Positions 1 through 9,006 of a stretch of DNA of 44,429 nt are shown here, one piece after another. The stretch's first letter is position 1. Each line of letters starts with the position of its first letter. The DNA is from Chloroflexota bacterium. GTDB lineage: Bacteria > Chloroflexota > Limnocylindria > Limnocylindrales > CSP1-4. The position numbers and the translations under genes were made by a program. The DNA is taken from the NCBI GenBank assembly GCA_016200675.1, contig JACQEH010000058.1, positions 1 through 44,429 on the forward strand, written 5' to 3'. Below the pieces are notes generated by a model. That model saw only the letters and a list, made by a program, of their open reading frames with translations, was not told the origin of the DNA and did not search any database.

Positions 1-176
1 CCGATCGGGAAGGCGAGGGCGGCGGGCATGTGGACGAAGACATCGAAGCGCCAGTCGCGGCGCCCCGCCTCGAGGACCAGGACGTTCGTCCCGGGATCCT
101 CGGACAGGCGGTTGGCGAGGACGCAGCCGGCGGACCCGCCGCCGACGATGACGTAGTCGTACCGCTTGCTCTTCAC
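1..176 (-). CDS. GMC-family FAD oxidoreductase (choline dehydrogenase-like). Only the N-terminal ~58 codons are present; the gene runs off the window start.
   Basis: Too short for the ORF track. Reverse translation from the GTG at 176-174 gives [42 protein letters not shown]. This is the classic GMC Rossmann GxGxxG plus 'LEAG' N-terminus. Confidence 0.8.
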   Translation of the reverse strand, partial: MKSKRYDYVIVGGGSAGCVLANRLSEDPGTNVLVLEAGRRDWRFDVFVHMPAALAFPI

Positions 177-283
177 CCGCGGATGCTAGCGCCTGCGCAC
201 CGGCGCGCGAGGTCGCGTCAGGCAGGCGTGATCCCGGTCGGCATGACCAAGGCCCCCCAGGCCCGCGCCGATGGAGCCGACCG

Positions 284-523
284 TCATGATGATCCCGGTC
301 CCCGCCCGAGGACCGAGTCGCGGACGACGCGCCGGCGGATCCTGGCCAAGAACACGTCGAGGACGAGGTGGCTCGCCGAGTCGACGGCGATCGCGATGAC
401 GACCACGGTGAAGTTCGGGAAGACCCCGAGGGCGGCAACGCCCTTCGAGAGGGCGAGGCCACCAACGACGATGGGCAGCCTGGGCGACTCGTCGGGCGTC
501 GCGCCTTGTAGGAGCGCTCGCAC
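284..523 (-). CDS. Hypothetical small membrane protein, possibly a frameshifted transporter remnant
   Basis: Lies in the frame of ORF 284..694, downstream of the DM13 stop, with a GTG at 523. It has a hydrophobic stretch, LPIVVGGLALSKGVAALGVFPNFTVVVIAIAV, and strong G/C third-position bias. A further hydrophobic stretch (GIIMTVGSIGAGLGGLG) continues in another frame past the stop. Confidence 0.3.
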   Translation of the reverse strand: MRALLQGATPDESPRLPIVVGGLALSKGVAALGVFPNFTVVVIAIAVDSASHLVLDVFLARIRRRVVRDSVLGRGPGSS

Positions 524-551
524 CAGCCCGGCACCGGGCGTCGTGGAACGG

Positions 552-1250
552 TCAGCCAGCTCCGGCGAGCTCAGCGACGGCGAACTGGACGGCGAATTGC
601 TTGCACCAGACCACGACGCTGGCGCCGACGGAGGCGTCGGATCCTGCCGGCAAGTCCATGCTGAACGTGCCATCCGTGGCTCGAAGCTTGCCAAGCTCGA
701 TTGCGCCTGCCGAATAGCCCGCCGCGTTGGGCGAGAGGTAGACGTAGAGATCAGGACCGTTCCTCACCGAGAAGGCATCGAACCGAACGGTCCACGCTCC
801 GGGCGCCGTTTCGATGAGCGTCGCGGTCCCGCGGCCAAAATGGAACTCGTCGGCTCCCTTGAAGGTGCCTGCCCTCGGTGGCTCGAGGACCGGGCTTTGG
901 GACGGTGGGTGAGATTCCTCCGGGCCTGACGGCGCCGGTCCCGCCGACGCCGGATCAGGAGTAGCCCGTGATGCTGGCGATGCCACCGCGATCAGGGCCG
1001 GCTCGTCGAGGGATGTCCGGATGAAGAGCGGCGAACCGAGGTACCACGCGCCGGGCAGGCATATGGCGAGCGTTACTGCGATCGCTGCCGCGGAGCGACC
1101 CGGGTGTCGGCGGGCGGCGGCGAACCATCCTCTCCGCCGACCCGCGACTCCCACGATCAGGGCAAGAATGAGGAGCCCAATGGAGATGGCGATTCGGTTC
1201 GGATAGAGCGTCGTCGCGAAGGCGCGCTCGAGGTCGCCAAGAAGGTTCAT
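552..1250 (-). CDS. DM13 domain protein with an N-terminal transmembrane anchor
   Basis: ATG at 1250. The C-terminal half reads FKGADEFHFGRGTATLIE...FSVRNGPDLYVYLS...LGKLRATDGTFSMDLP...VVVWCKQFAVQFAVAEL, which matches the DM13 pattern (nGPDL.V.Ls ... viWC..F.v.F). Confidence 0.8.
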   Translation of the reverse strand: MNLLGDLERAFATTLYPNRIAISIGLLILALIVGVAGRRRGWFAAARRHPGRSAAAIAVTLAICLPGAWYLGSPLFIRTSLDEPALIAVASPASRATPDPASAGPAPSGPEESHPPSQSPVLEPPRAGTFKGADEFHFGRGTATLIETAPGAWTVRFDAFSVRNGPDLYVYLSPNAAGYSAGAIELGKLRATDGTFSMDLPAGSDASVGASVVVWCKQFAVQFAVAELAGAG

Positions 1251-1294
1251 GCCGCCCAGCCTGAGCCGTCGCGATGACGGCCCGATGACGCCCC

Positions 1295-2359
1295 TCAGCC
1301 GGCCGACGGCAGCCGGAACCAGAAGGTCGTCCAGGCCGCGTCCGAGGCGGCGCCCACGCGGCCTCCAGCATCCTCGACGAGCCGCTTCACGATGGCCAGG
1401 CCGATGCCCGCCCCGCCGCGCGCGGGGTCCCTTGACTTCTCGACGCGGTAGAAGCGCTCCCAGACCCGGGGCAGGTCATCGGGCGGGATCGGCGAGCCGG
1501 TGTTCTTGATCCAGACGAGGGCGCCCTCGGGCGTCCGCGCCGCCGCCAGCCGGACGATCCCGCCGGACGGCGTGTAGCGGATGGCGTTCTGGAAGAGGTT
1601 CGCCATGACCTGGGCCAGCTCGTCCGGACGGGCCCGGACGAAGAGGCCGTCCTCGGCCGCCACGTTGAGGCGCACCGAGCGTCGGGCCAGGGCCGGCGCG
1701 GCCAGGTCGGCGGCGCCCCGGACCAGGGCGCCGAGGTCCACGTCCATCGGCTGCGGGCGCTCGCCCTCGGCCCCGGCGAGGACGTCGAGCGAGGCGGCCA
1801 GGCGGCCCAGCCGGTCCACCTCCTCGCGGAGCGAATCGAAGGTCGCCGGATCGGGCGGCAGCACCCCGTCGCGGAGGGCCTCGAGGTAGCCCTGCAGGTT
1901 GGTCAGCGGGGTCCGCAGCTCGTGGGAGGCGTTGACCACGAACTCGCGGCGCATCATCTCCTGCTCCTCGAGCCGGTCGGCCATGGTGTTGTAGGCTGCG
2001 GCCAGCGAACGGACCTCGACCGGACCCTCCTCGGGAACGCGAGCCGTGAGGTCGCCCGCCGCGATCCGCTCGGCCGCATCGGCGACATGCTGGATCGGGC
2101 GGGCGAGCATCCGGCCGAAGGCGGCGGCCAGGACGAGGGCGACGATCGCGGCGACCACGAGGGCCAGGCCGAAGATCACGGTCACGCTGGCGTCGAACAT
2201 CTGGTGCGCGTGATCCGCGGACTCGCCGGCCGCGACCATCAGGGCGGCGAACGACTCGCCGCCGATGCGGATGACGCCGACGGCGATGATCGCGACGGCC
2301 AGCCCCGCGACGGCCAGCGCGGCGATCGCGATGCGGGCGGCGATCCCCCGTGCCCTCAC
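1295..2359 (-). CDS. Sensor histidine kinase (TM-HAMP-HisKA-HATPase_c)
   Basis: GTG start. H-box NASHELRTPLTNLQGYLEAL, N-box FQNAIRYT, G-boxes SRDPARGGAGIGLAIVKRL. The gene starts 7 nt after the stop of the upstream response regulator. Confidence 0.9.
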   Translation of the reverse strand: MRARGIAARIAIAALAVAGLAVAIIAVGVIRIGGESFAALMVAAGESADHAHQMFDASVTVIFGLALVVAAIVALVLAAAFGRMLARPIQHVADAAERIAAGDLTARVPEEGPVEVRSLAAAYNTMADRLEEQEMMRREFVVNASHELRTPLTNLQGYLEALRDGVLPPDPATFDSLREEVDRLGRLAASLDVLAGAEGERPQPMDVDLGALVRGAADLAAPALARRSVRLNVAAEDGLFVRARPDELAQVMANLFQNAIRYTPSGGIVRLAAARTPEGALVWIKNTGSPIPPDDLPRVWERFYRVEKSRDPARGGAGIGLAIVKRLVEDAGGRVGAASDAAWTTFWFRLPSAG

Positions 2360-2366
2360 GAGGGCC

Positions 2367-3119
2367 TCACGTCGCGGTCGGGCGAGTCAGGCGCTCGACG
2401 GGCCCGGCAGCCCGGTATCCAGCGCCGCGAACGGTGGCGATGTAGCGGGGCTCCGCGGCGTCGTCGCCGAGCTTCTCGCGGAGGCGCTTGACGTAGACGT
2501 CGATGGCCCGGTCGGTGACGTCGGCCTCGGCGGCGCCGTGGATCGCGTCGAGGAGCTGGTCGCGGGTGAGGATGCGGCCTTCGGCGCCGAGAAGGGCGGC
2601 CAGGAGTCGCATCTCCAGGATGCTGAGGACGACCGTCCGACCGCCGGCGCGAACGGCGTGGCGCGCAACGTCGACCTCGAGGTCGGCCAGTCGGAAGCGG
2701 AGGTTCGCTGACAGGGGCTCGGGGCCGTCGCGCTCGGTCCGGCGAAGGATGGTCCGGACGCGGGCCACGAGCTCCGCCGGCGAGAAGGGCTTCGGCAGGT
2801 AGTCGTCGGCACCCTCCGAGAGGCCCTGGATCCGGTCGCCGGTGGAGCCCCGCGCCGAGAGGACGAGGATCGGGATGTCGCCCATCGCCCGGGTCCGCCG
2901 GATCACCGCCAGGCCGTCGACCTCGGGCAGCATCAGGTCCAGGACCACCAGCCGCGGCCGGTGGTCCTCGATGGCCCGCAGCGCCGCCCGGCCGTCGCCG
3001 GCGCTGATCACCCGGAACCGCTCGCGCTCGAGGTAGGCGCGGACGAGGGCCACGATCTTCGGATCGTCGTCCACGACGAGGATGGGCGCGGGCTCGGATC
3101 GGGGCATGGACGGGATCAT
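2367..3119 (-). CDS. OmpR/PhoB-family response regulator
   Basis: This is the C-terminal 250 aa of track ORF 2367..3749. Receiver motifs: ILVVDDD...VVLDLMLPEVDG...ADDYLPKPF. Winged-helix end: IATVRGAGYR. ATG at 3119, with an alternative ATG at 3107. The upstream 210 codons of the track ORF are Arg/Pro-rich shadow. Confidence 0.9.
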   Translation of the reverse strand: MIPSMPRSEPAPILVVDDDPKIVALVRAYLERERFRVISAGDGRAALRAIEDHRPRLVVLDLMLPEVDGLAVIRRTRAMGDIPILVLSARGSTGDRIQGLSEGADDYLPKPFSPAELVARVRTILRRTERDGPEPLSANLRFRLADLEVDVARHAVRAGGRTVVLSILEMRLLAALLGAEGRILTRDQLLDAIHGAAEADVTDRAIDVYVKRLREKLGDDAAEPRYIATVRGAGYRAAGPVERLTRPTAT

Positions 3120-3188
3120 CGCCGCCCGAAGGCTGGCGGACAACCGTGACGCGTCGATGACCCGCGTCGCCGCGCCTAGACTCGTGGT

Positions 3189-3482
3189 GTGGCCACGCCG
3201 ACCGCCGACCATGCCCGCGTCCGCGACCTGCCGTGGCGCATCGACCACCGCGGGCCTCGGGCTGGGCATGCGTTCCAGCCGACCCCGGTCCGCAGCGCGG
3301 CCGTGGCCCGGTCCTGGATGGACGACCTCCGGGCGAGCCTCATCCGGATCTGGCTGGCGAACCTCGGGGCCTGGGAGGCCATCGTCGGTGTGCGCCCCGG
3401 CTGCACCGTGGCCTGCGAGGATGAGGGCGTCGACCGCCACCTTGCGGCCTGGTCGGAACTCGTCGAGACGCTGGTCGCCTGA
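3189..3482 (+). CDS. Hypothetical protein (97 aa)
   Basis: GTG start, high GC3 throughout, and a protein-like C-terminus (DDLRASLIRIWLANLGAWEAIVGV...LAAWSELVETLVA). The stop lies 3 nt before the next ORF. I recognise no family. Confidence 0.35.
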   Translation: MATPTADHARVRDLPWRIDHRGPRAGHAFQPTPVRSAAVARSWMDDLRASLIRIWLANLGAWEAIVGVRPGCTVACEDEGVDRHLAAWSELVETLVA

Positions 3483-3485
3483 GGC

Positions 3486-3707
3486 ATGGACGCCCTCACG
3501 ATCTTCGGGGCCGTCGCCGTCTCGGCGATGCTCGTCACCTACGCGCTCGAGGACCGATCGCCGAGGTACGTGCTGGCATTCGCCGTGGCGTCTCTCGCCT
3601 CGTCGGGCTACGGCTTCCTGCAGGGCGCCTGGCCATTCGGCGTCGTGGAGCTGGTGTGGTCGGCGGTCGCGCTCGTGCGCTGGCGGCGGCGCGCCTTCAA
3701 GGCATGA
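3486..3707 (+). CDS. Small integral membrane protein (73 aa, 2-3 TM segments)
   Basis: MDALTIFGAVAVSAMLVTYALEDRSPRYVLAFAVASLASSGYGFLQGAWPFGVVELVWSAVALVRW resembles a conserved small-membrane-protein family. It is tightly linked to the preceding ORF. Confidence 0.5.
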   Translation: MDALTIFGAVAVSAMLVTYALEDRSPRYVLAFAVASLASSGYGFLQGAWPFGVVELVWSAVALVRWRRRAFKA

Positions 3708-3779
3708 AGTCGGCCAAGCTCTCATCCAGCCCTCACGAAGCCGCGGCAAGGTGCAGCCAACGCCACCGAAGGAGCTGAT

Positions 3780-4709
3780 GTGTCCCAGGCCGTGCCGTCG
3801 TCGACAACGATCGACGTCCCCTCGATCGCCGCCGCGCCCATCCCGACCTTCGAAGGTCGGCCCCTGCCCGATCCCACCGAACCGGCATGGGACCAGGGCC
3901 TGGCCTTCGACATCCAGACCCTGATCGACCGCCGTCAGGCCCTCAAGCTCCTCGGCCGGGTGGGCCTCGGAGCGGGCATGGTCACCCTGGCGGCGTGCGC
4001 TCCCGCCGCCTCGGCGCTCATGAGCGCGTCGCCGTCGGCGGGCTCATCCGTGGCCGCGGGGTCATCCGCCGCCTGCGCGCTGATTCCCGAGGAGACGGCC
4101 GGTCCCTTTCCCGGCGACGGCTCCAACGGGCCCGACATCCTCGCCCAGAGCGGCGTCGTGAGGCCGGACATCCGGGCCAGCTTCGGCGCTTCGACCACGG
4201 TCGCTCCCGGCGTCCCGCTGACGATCAAGCTCACGATCCTCGACCTCGCCCAGGGATGTGCGCCGCTTGCCGGGGCAGCCGTCTATGCATGGCACTGCGA
4301 CCAGGCCGGCAACTACTCGATGTACTCGGCGGCAGCCCGGACGGAGAACTACCTGCGTGGGGTCCAGGCCGCCGGCACCGACGGGATCGTGACCTTCCAG
4401 AGCATCTTCCCGGCCTGCTATGCGGGTCGCTGGCCGCACATCCACTTCGAGGTCTATCCCAGCCTCGCCAAGGCGACGTCACAGGCCAACAAGATCGCGA
4501 CCTCCCAGATCGCCCTGCCGAAGGCCAGTTGCGACGCCGTCTATGCGACCGCCGGCTACGGCCAGAGCATCACCAACCTCTCGCAGGTGAGCCTCGCTAC
4601 GGACAACGTCTTCGGCGACGACGGCGGCGTCCACGAGCTGGGAACCGTCACGGGCTCGGTCGCGGATGGCTTCACGGTTGCCCTGCTCGTCCCCGTTCGC
4701 GCCAGCTGA
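3780..4709 (+). CDS. Intradiol ring-cleavage dioxygenase-like protein with a Tat signal and lipobox
   Basis: GTG start preceded by GAAGGAG. Tat motif DRRQALKLLG followed by LAAC. Core motifs EETAGPFP...GVPLTIKLTILD...YAWHCDQAGNYS...GRWPHIHFEVY are typical of the dioxygenase_C fold. Confidence 0.8.
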   Translation: MSQAVPSSTTIDVPSIAAAPIPTFEGRPLPDPTEPAWDQGLAFDIQTLIDRRQALKLLGRVGLGAGMVTLAACAPAASALMSASPSAGSSVAAGSSAACALIPEETAGPFPGDGSNGPDILAQSGVVRPDIRASFGASTTVAPGVPLTIKLTILDLAQGCAPLAGAAVYAWHCDQAGNYSMYSAAARTENYLRGVQAAGTDGIVTFQSIFPACYAGRWPHIHFEVYPSLAKATSQANKIATSQIALPKASCDAVYATAGYGQSITNLSQVSLATDNVFGDDGGVHELGTVTGSVADGFTVALLVPVRAS

Positions 4710-4799
4710 TACGTGCCCGGCAGCCGATGGCGGCGCTGGGCAGGCCGATCTCGATGCCCGGCAATGACTACCAATGCATAACGATCCGGCACCTCCCGG

Positions 4800-4883
4800 C
4801 CACCCGGCGCCACCCGGCGCCACCCGGCCACCCGGCCACCCGGCCACCCGGCCACCCGGCCACCCGGCCACCCGGCCACCCGG
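4800..4883. repeat. Microsatellite: 2 x CCACCCGGCG followed by 8 perfect tandem copies of the octamer CCACCCGG
   Basis: Read directly. The 10-mers lie at 4800-4819 and the octamers at 4820-4883. An 8-nt period is not a multiple of 3. Confidence 0.95.
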
Positions 4884-5294
4884 GAGGAGATCACCGAGGT
4901 CCTCTCGACGCGGCGGGCCTCGCCCGCTGGTGGCCCTCGGATGACCTGGAAGGCACCGTCGCCAACCGGGCGACGCCCGAGGCGTTGGCCGGGTGGTCGG
5001 CCTCTCCACAAAGGGCTCGCCCTCGTACGCGCTCCGCTGGCGGTTCACGGTGACGGACTCCGACGCGCCGATCGGCGTTCGCATCGAGGCCCAGGTCGAC
5101 TTCGTCGGCCGCGGCATCTGGAGGCTCATGGTCGAGCGGGCGCCGACGACCCGGCCGGGCCCAGGACCCGCGCCGTCTACGACCGGAAGATCGTGGCCGC
5201 GAAGGGCCTCCTCAAGACCTCCCCGGTCATCAAGCCGATCTTCGCGGCAGACCCCTGCCGTTCGGCCCTTGATTCCCTGAATCGGGCGGCTACC
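4884..5294 (+). pseudogene. Decayed SRPBCC (polyketide-cyclase/AHSA1-like) gene spread over three reading frames
   Basis: SRPBCC-like peptides appear one after another in different frames: EEITEVL, then LDAAGLARWWPSDDLEGTV, then SPSYALRWRFTVTDSDAPIGVRIEAQVDFVGRGIWRLMVE, then TRAVYDRKIVAAKGLLKTSPVIKPIFAA. There is no intact start, and no stop before the padR ATG. Confidence 0.5.
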
Positions 5295-5660
5295 ATGCAT
5301 GGCATGGTACTTGGCGAGACGAAGAGCAGCCTCACGGAGCTTCGACGCGGGGTCGTCGAGCACTGCGTGCTCGCGCTGTTAGCTCGCCGCGAGGGCTACG
5401 CGTTCGATCTCGTTCGAGTCCTGTCGGAGCGTGCCCTCGTCACCAGTGAGGGGACGATCTACCCACTCCTCGCGCGCCTCCGTCGGGAAGGGCTGGCGAC
5501 CACGACCTGGCAGGAATCCGAGGCGGGGCCGCCGCGTCGTTACTACCGAATCACCGGGGACGGCCGGCGCGCGCTCGACTCGTTCGTGGGCGAGTGGGCG
5601 ACCTTCCGAGACGCGGTCGATGCGCTGCTCGAAGATGATCAGGATGGGGTGATGCGATGA
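5295..5660 (+). CDS. PadR-family transcriptional regulator
   Basis: ATG at 5295, within track ORF 4941..5660. Motifs: LRRGVVEHCVLALLARREGYAFDLVRVL...SEGTIYPLLARLRREGL...RRYYRITGDGRRAL. Confidence 0.9.
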   Translation: MHGMVLGETKSSLTELRRGVVEHCVLALLARREGYAFDLVRVLSERALVTSEGTIYPLLARLRREGLATTTWQESEAGPPRRYYRITGDGRRALDSFVGEWATFRDAVDALLEDDQDGVMR

Positions 5661-6142
5661 ACGGTGAGCGACTCGTCGCGGGCTATCTCGATCAGCTCAA
5701 CGAGGCGGCTCAGCCCCTCTCGCGGACGCGCAGGTGCGAACTCGTCGCGGAGGTCCGCGAGCACATCGCCGAGGACCTTGCGCGCGGCGATCGGCGTGAC
5801 GAGATCGCGGTTCGAAACGTCCTCGAGCGCCTCGGCCCTCCCGACGCGATCGTCGCCGCCGAGCTTGCTGGAAGCGCGACGAGTGGACCCGCGGGCGTCC
5901 TGACACTCGGGGCGCTTGGACGGAGTCTCGGCGTTGGCGAGGTTCTCGCCGTTCTCCTACTGACGGTCGGGGCTGTGGCCGCACCGGTGATCGGGCCTGC
6001 CATTGGCCTCGTGCTCATGTGGGCGTCGTCTCGATGGTCGACCCCGACGAAGGTCTCGATCACCCTGGTCGCGGTCCTCCTCCTCCTCGTTCCGGTCGTG
6101 CTGCTGATGGCGGCCACTCCGGCCACCGCCCCAACGCCCTAG
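5657..6142 (+). CDS. PadR-associated membrane protein (HAAS/DUF1700-like N-terminus plus TM segments)
   Basis: ATGA overlap with the padR stop. N-terminus: YLDQLNEAAQPLSRTRRCELVAEVREHIAEDL...LERLGPPDAIVAAEL. The C-terminal half is hydrophobic. Confidence 0.7.
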   Translation: MNGERLVAGYLDQLNEAAQPLSRTRRCELVAEVREHIAEDLARGDRRDEIAVRNVLERLGPPDAIVAAELAGSATSGPAGVLTLGALGRSLGVGEVLAVLLLTVGAVAAPVIGPAIGLVLMWASSRWSTPTKVSITLVAVLLLLVPVVLLMAATPATAPTP

Positions 6143-6486
6143 TGGGTTGCAGCCCGGGCGTTCAGGCCGGCCCGACGCGGAGGCGTGCGAGCAGGCCGGC
6201 GATGCGGGCAACGTCGAGGCAGGCGCGCGCGCTCGCCTCCGTCCGTTCGTAGCAGCGTGACGGGCTACAGCGGCCGAGCTGATCGTCCTGGCTGACCAAT
6301 CCGAGCCCCTCCGCGCTCGGCCCGGCCCCGAAAGGGACGGGGAGTGCGCCTCGCTCCGTTCGTCGGACTCGATCCTGATCAAGCAGCCCGATCATGACGC
6401 TCGAATCCCCGCCCGGCCACCTTGGCGAGCCGCCGTCGCCGGGCAGGCAGCCCCGCCCAGTCACGGACATTGACCCCCGGCAGCGC

Positions 6487-7146
6487 CTACTCGAGTCGCG
6501 AGCTCATCCGCAGGTAGGCGAGGACGGCGAGCACGCGCCGGTTGTCGTCGGCGGCCGGCTCCAGGCCGAGCTTGGAGAAGATCGTGTTGACGTGCGCCTC
6601 GACCGTCTTGAGGCCGATCGCCAGGCGCTCGCAGATCGCGGCGTTGGTCCGGCCCTCGGCCATGAGCATCAGGACGTCCCGTTCACGGCCCGTGAGGGTG
6701 CCGATGATGTCTCGCTCGCGGATCGCCAGCAACTCCCGGACGATGTCTGGGTCGACGATCGAGCCGCCCCGCGCCACCCGGCGGAGGGCGTCGACGAAGT
6801 CGTCGACGTCGGCGATTCGCTCCTTCATCAGGTAGCCGAGGCCACCCGCGGCGTTGGCGACGAGGGTCAGCGCGAATCGGGCGTCGAGGTGCTGCGACAG
6901 GACGAGGACGCCGATCGACTTGCCGCGGCTGGCACGGATCGCCTCGACGGCCCGCAGGCCTTCGTCCGTGAAGGTCGGCGGCATCCGGATGTCGACGACG
7001 ACCGCGTCCGGGTGCGCTTCGGCCACGGTCGCCAGCAGACTCACGAGGTCGCCGGCCTGGCCCACGACCTCGATCTGACGCTCGCCGAGGAGTCGGGCGA
7101 TCCCTTCGCGGAGGAGGACCGAGTCCTCGCCGATCACGACCCGCAC
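6487..7146 (-). CDS. NarL/LuxR-family response regulator
   Basis: Receiver motifs MRVVIGEDSVLLREG...VVVDIRMPPTFTDEG. The C-terminal LuxR HTH reads LTGRERDVLMLMAEGRTNAAICERLAIGLKTVEAHVNTIFSKLG. The GTG start overlaps the 3' end of the kinase. Confidence 0.9.
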   Translation of the reverse strand: MRVVIGEDSVLLREGIARLLGERQIEVVGQAGDLVSLLATVAEAHPDAVVVDIRMPPTFTDEGLRAVEAIRASRGKSIGVLVLSQHLDARFALTLVANAAGGLGYLMKERIADVDDFVDALRRVARGGSIVDPDIVRELLAIRERDIIGTLTGRERDVLMLMAEGRTNAAICERLAIGLKTVEAHVNTIFSKLGLEPAADDNRRVLAVLAYLRMSSRLE

Positions 7147-8644
7147 GGGATCCTCGCGCTCAGTCGTGTCCCCGATCCCCGCGGCGATTCCAGGGACAAC
7201 GTTCCCCCGACCGCAGCGACGCGGTCGGCCAGGCCGCGGAGTCCACTGCCCTCGATATCCGCGCCGCCGATCCCGTCGTCGACCACCTCGAGTGTCAGGA
7301 TCCCATCGTGGCGGCCGGCCGTCACGGTCACGGTCGATGCATCGGCGTGCTTCGCGACATTGGCCAGGGCCTCCGCCGCCACGAAGTACGCGGCCGTCTC
7401 AGCTGTCGCCGGCAGCCGGCGATCGAGGTCGACGTTGACGCGGACGGGGATGGAGGAGTGATCGGCGAGGGACTGGATCGCGGCTCCGAGGCCGGCCTCG
7501 CGAAGGATCGACGGATCGAGGCCGCGGGCCAGCTCGCGAACCTCGGCGATCGCGGCCGCGACGAGATCTCCCGCCGCGTCCAGCTCCGCGAGCGCCGGCG
7601 CCGGCACGTCCGGGCCCAGCCGCGAGCGGATGGTCCGGAGCGACACCGCAAGGGCTACGAGCCGCTGCTGGGCACCATCGTGAAGGTCGCGCTCGACGCG
7701 CCGGCGCTCGAGGTCGCCTGCCTCCACGATCCGCGCCCGCGAGGCGCGGACCTCCTGAAGCTGGGCCTGCAGGTCTTCCTGGAGGCGCTCGTTGTCCATG
7801 GCCAGGGCGACCGCAGCGGCAACCGTCCGCACGAGGGCGGGATCGTCGAGCAGGGTGACGTCGTGGACGATCGCCCCAATCGTCGTCCCGTCGCGTTCGA
7901 GCAGGGTCGTTGCCCGCTCGTCGTCGGGCACCGGGAGCGCGGCCGGCGCGCCGGAAGCGTCGAGCCAGCCCGCTGCTGGATCGCGGCTCCACCCATCAGG
8001 ACTGGGTCCGTGACGCGGCGAGCCCCCGGCCGGACCCGCCAGCGGCGCCGGAGAATCGCGGCCGCGACCGCGAGCAGCGCCAGACCCACTCCGGCCGTCA
8101 AGATCAGGTCCCACGTCACGAACGTCCCGGCGTCCTTGACGACCTGGAACGGATTGACCGGGGCGTCCGGTCCGTTTCCGGGGCCGATGCCCGGTCCCGC
8201 TGCGACCAGGCGCCAGGAGCTCCGGAGGACCATCAGTCCGAGAACCGTCCCGAGGGCAAGCCGGTCGCGCCGCGTCTCGAGTCGGTGCCCGGGGAAGGTC
8301 AGGACCACGTACGCCAGCAGTGGGTCGTAGTAGCCGCGCAGGACGAAGCCGAGGAACGGGATCCGGGCGACCAGCGGGCCTGAGGCGTGGTCGGGCACGA
8401 TCACGTACAGGCTGCCGACATACCAGATTTAGCCGGCGATGACCATCAGCGGGCCGGTCAGGGCGCCCGGACGGCGGGCCCAGGTCAGGAGCCCGGCGAC
8501 GACGAGGAGGACGCCGGTCGACGCGTCGAAGAGGTAGTCGAGCGGTGCCTGGTCGAACGGTGGGTGTTTGCCGAGGGTAACCAGGCCGATCGCCACGAGG
8601 ACGACCGGAATGAGCAGGAGCGGCCGGAGACGAGCTCCCCGCAC
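7134..8644 (-). pseudogene. Membrane sensor histidine kinase (HisKA_3/HATPase_c), interrupted by an in-frame TAA and a frameshift
   Basis: The GTG at 8644 opens a hydrophobic sensor region (LLLIPVVLVAIGLVTL...GPLMVIAG). A TAA at 8429-8431 interrupts it, and the same frame then continues (IWYVGSLYVIVPDHASGPLVARIPFLGF...). The kinase core (RVERDLHDGAQQRLVAL...VDDGIGGADIEGSGLRGLADR) is in a different frame, with the switch at about 7950-7990. The total length is not a multiple of 3. Confidence 0.7.
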
Positions 8645-8652
8645 CCGGCGGC

Positions 8653-9006
8653 CTACTCGAGCGCGGCGATGAGGCGCTCGCCGGACAGATCGAACTTGGC
8701 GATGAACCCGTCCGCGGCGGAGGTTTCCACGCGGCCACCATAGTCCTCGCGATCCCGCCCCGAGATGAGGACGATCCGCCTGGCCGAGCCGGCCTCGCGC
8801 AACCGTGCGGCGACGATGAACCCGTCGATGTCCGGCAGCTGAATATCCACGAGGGCGAGGTCGGGCTGCAGGCGCGCGGCCTCGGCGACTGCCGCCTGCC
8901 CGTCCGCGACCTCGCCCACGACGTCGAAGCCGTGCGCCTCGAGCATCGCCCGGACCCGGGCCCGGAAGCCAGCGTGATCGTCGACGACCAGGACAGTGGT
9001 GCACAT
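8653..9006 (-). CDS. Single-domain (CheY-like) response regulator receiver
   Basis: MCTTVLVVDDHAGFRARVRAMLE...LALVDIQLPDIDGF...FIAKFDL. ATG at 9006; the track start at 9030 is a GTG. The stop lies 9 nt before the kinase GTG. Confidence 0.85.
   Translation of the reverse strand: MCTTVLVVDDHAGFRARVRAMLEAHGFDVVGEVADGQAAVAEAARLQPDLALVDIQLPDIDGFIVAARLREAGSARRIVLISGRDREDYGGRVETSAADGFIAKFDLSGERLIAALE

Noticed and set aside
3887-5053. 388-aa ORF with PATRPPGH repeats, a possible repeat protein
   Set aside because: The repeat unit is 8 nt, so the peptide periodicity is an artefact of reading a non-triplet microsatellite. The rest of the ORF is shadow of the dioxygenase-like gene.
6162-6470. 102-aa minus-strand ORF in the 340-bp gap between the PadR operon and the NarL regulator (possible small gene MIGLLDQDRVRRTERG…CYERTEASARACLDVARIAGLLARL)
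   Set aside because: GC3 is only moderate, I recognise no family, there is no clear ribosome-binding site, and the start is ambiguous. I could not support it as a gene. It remains possible.
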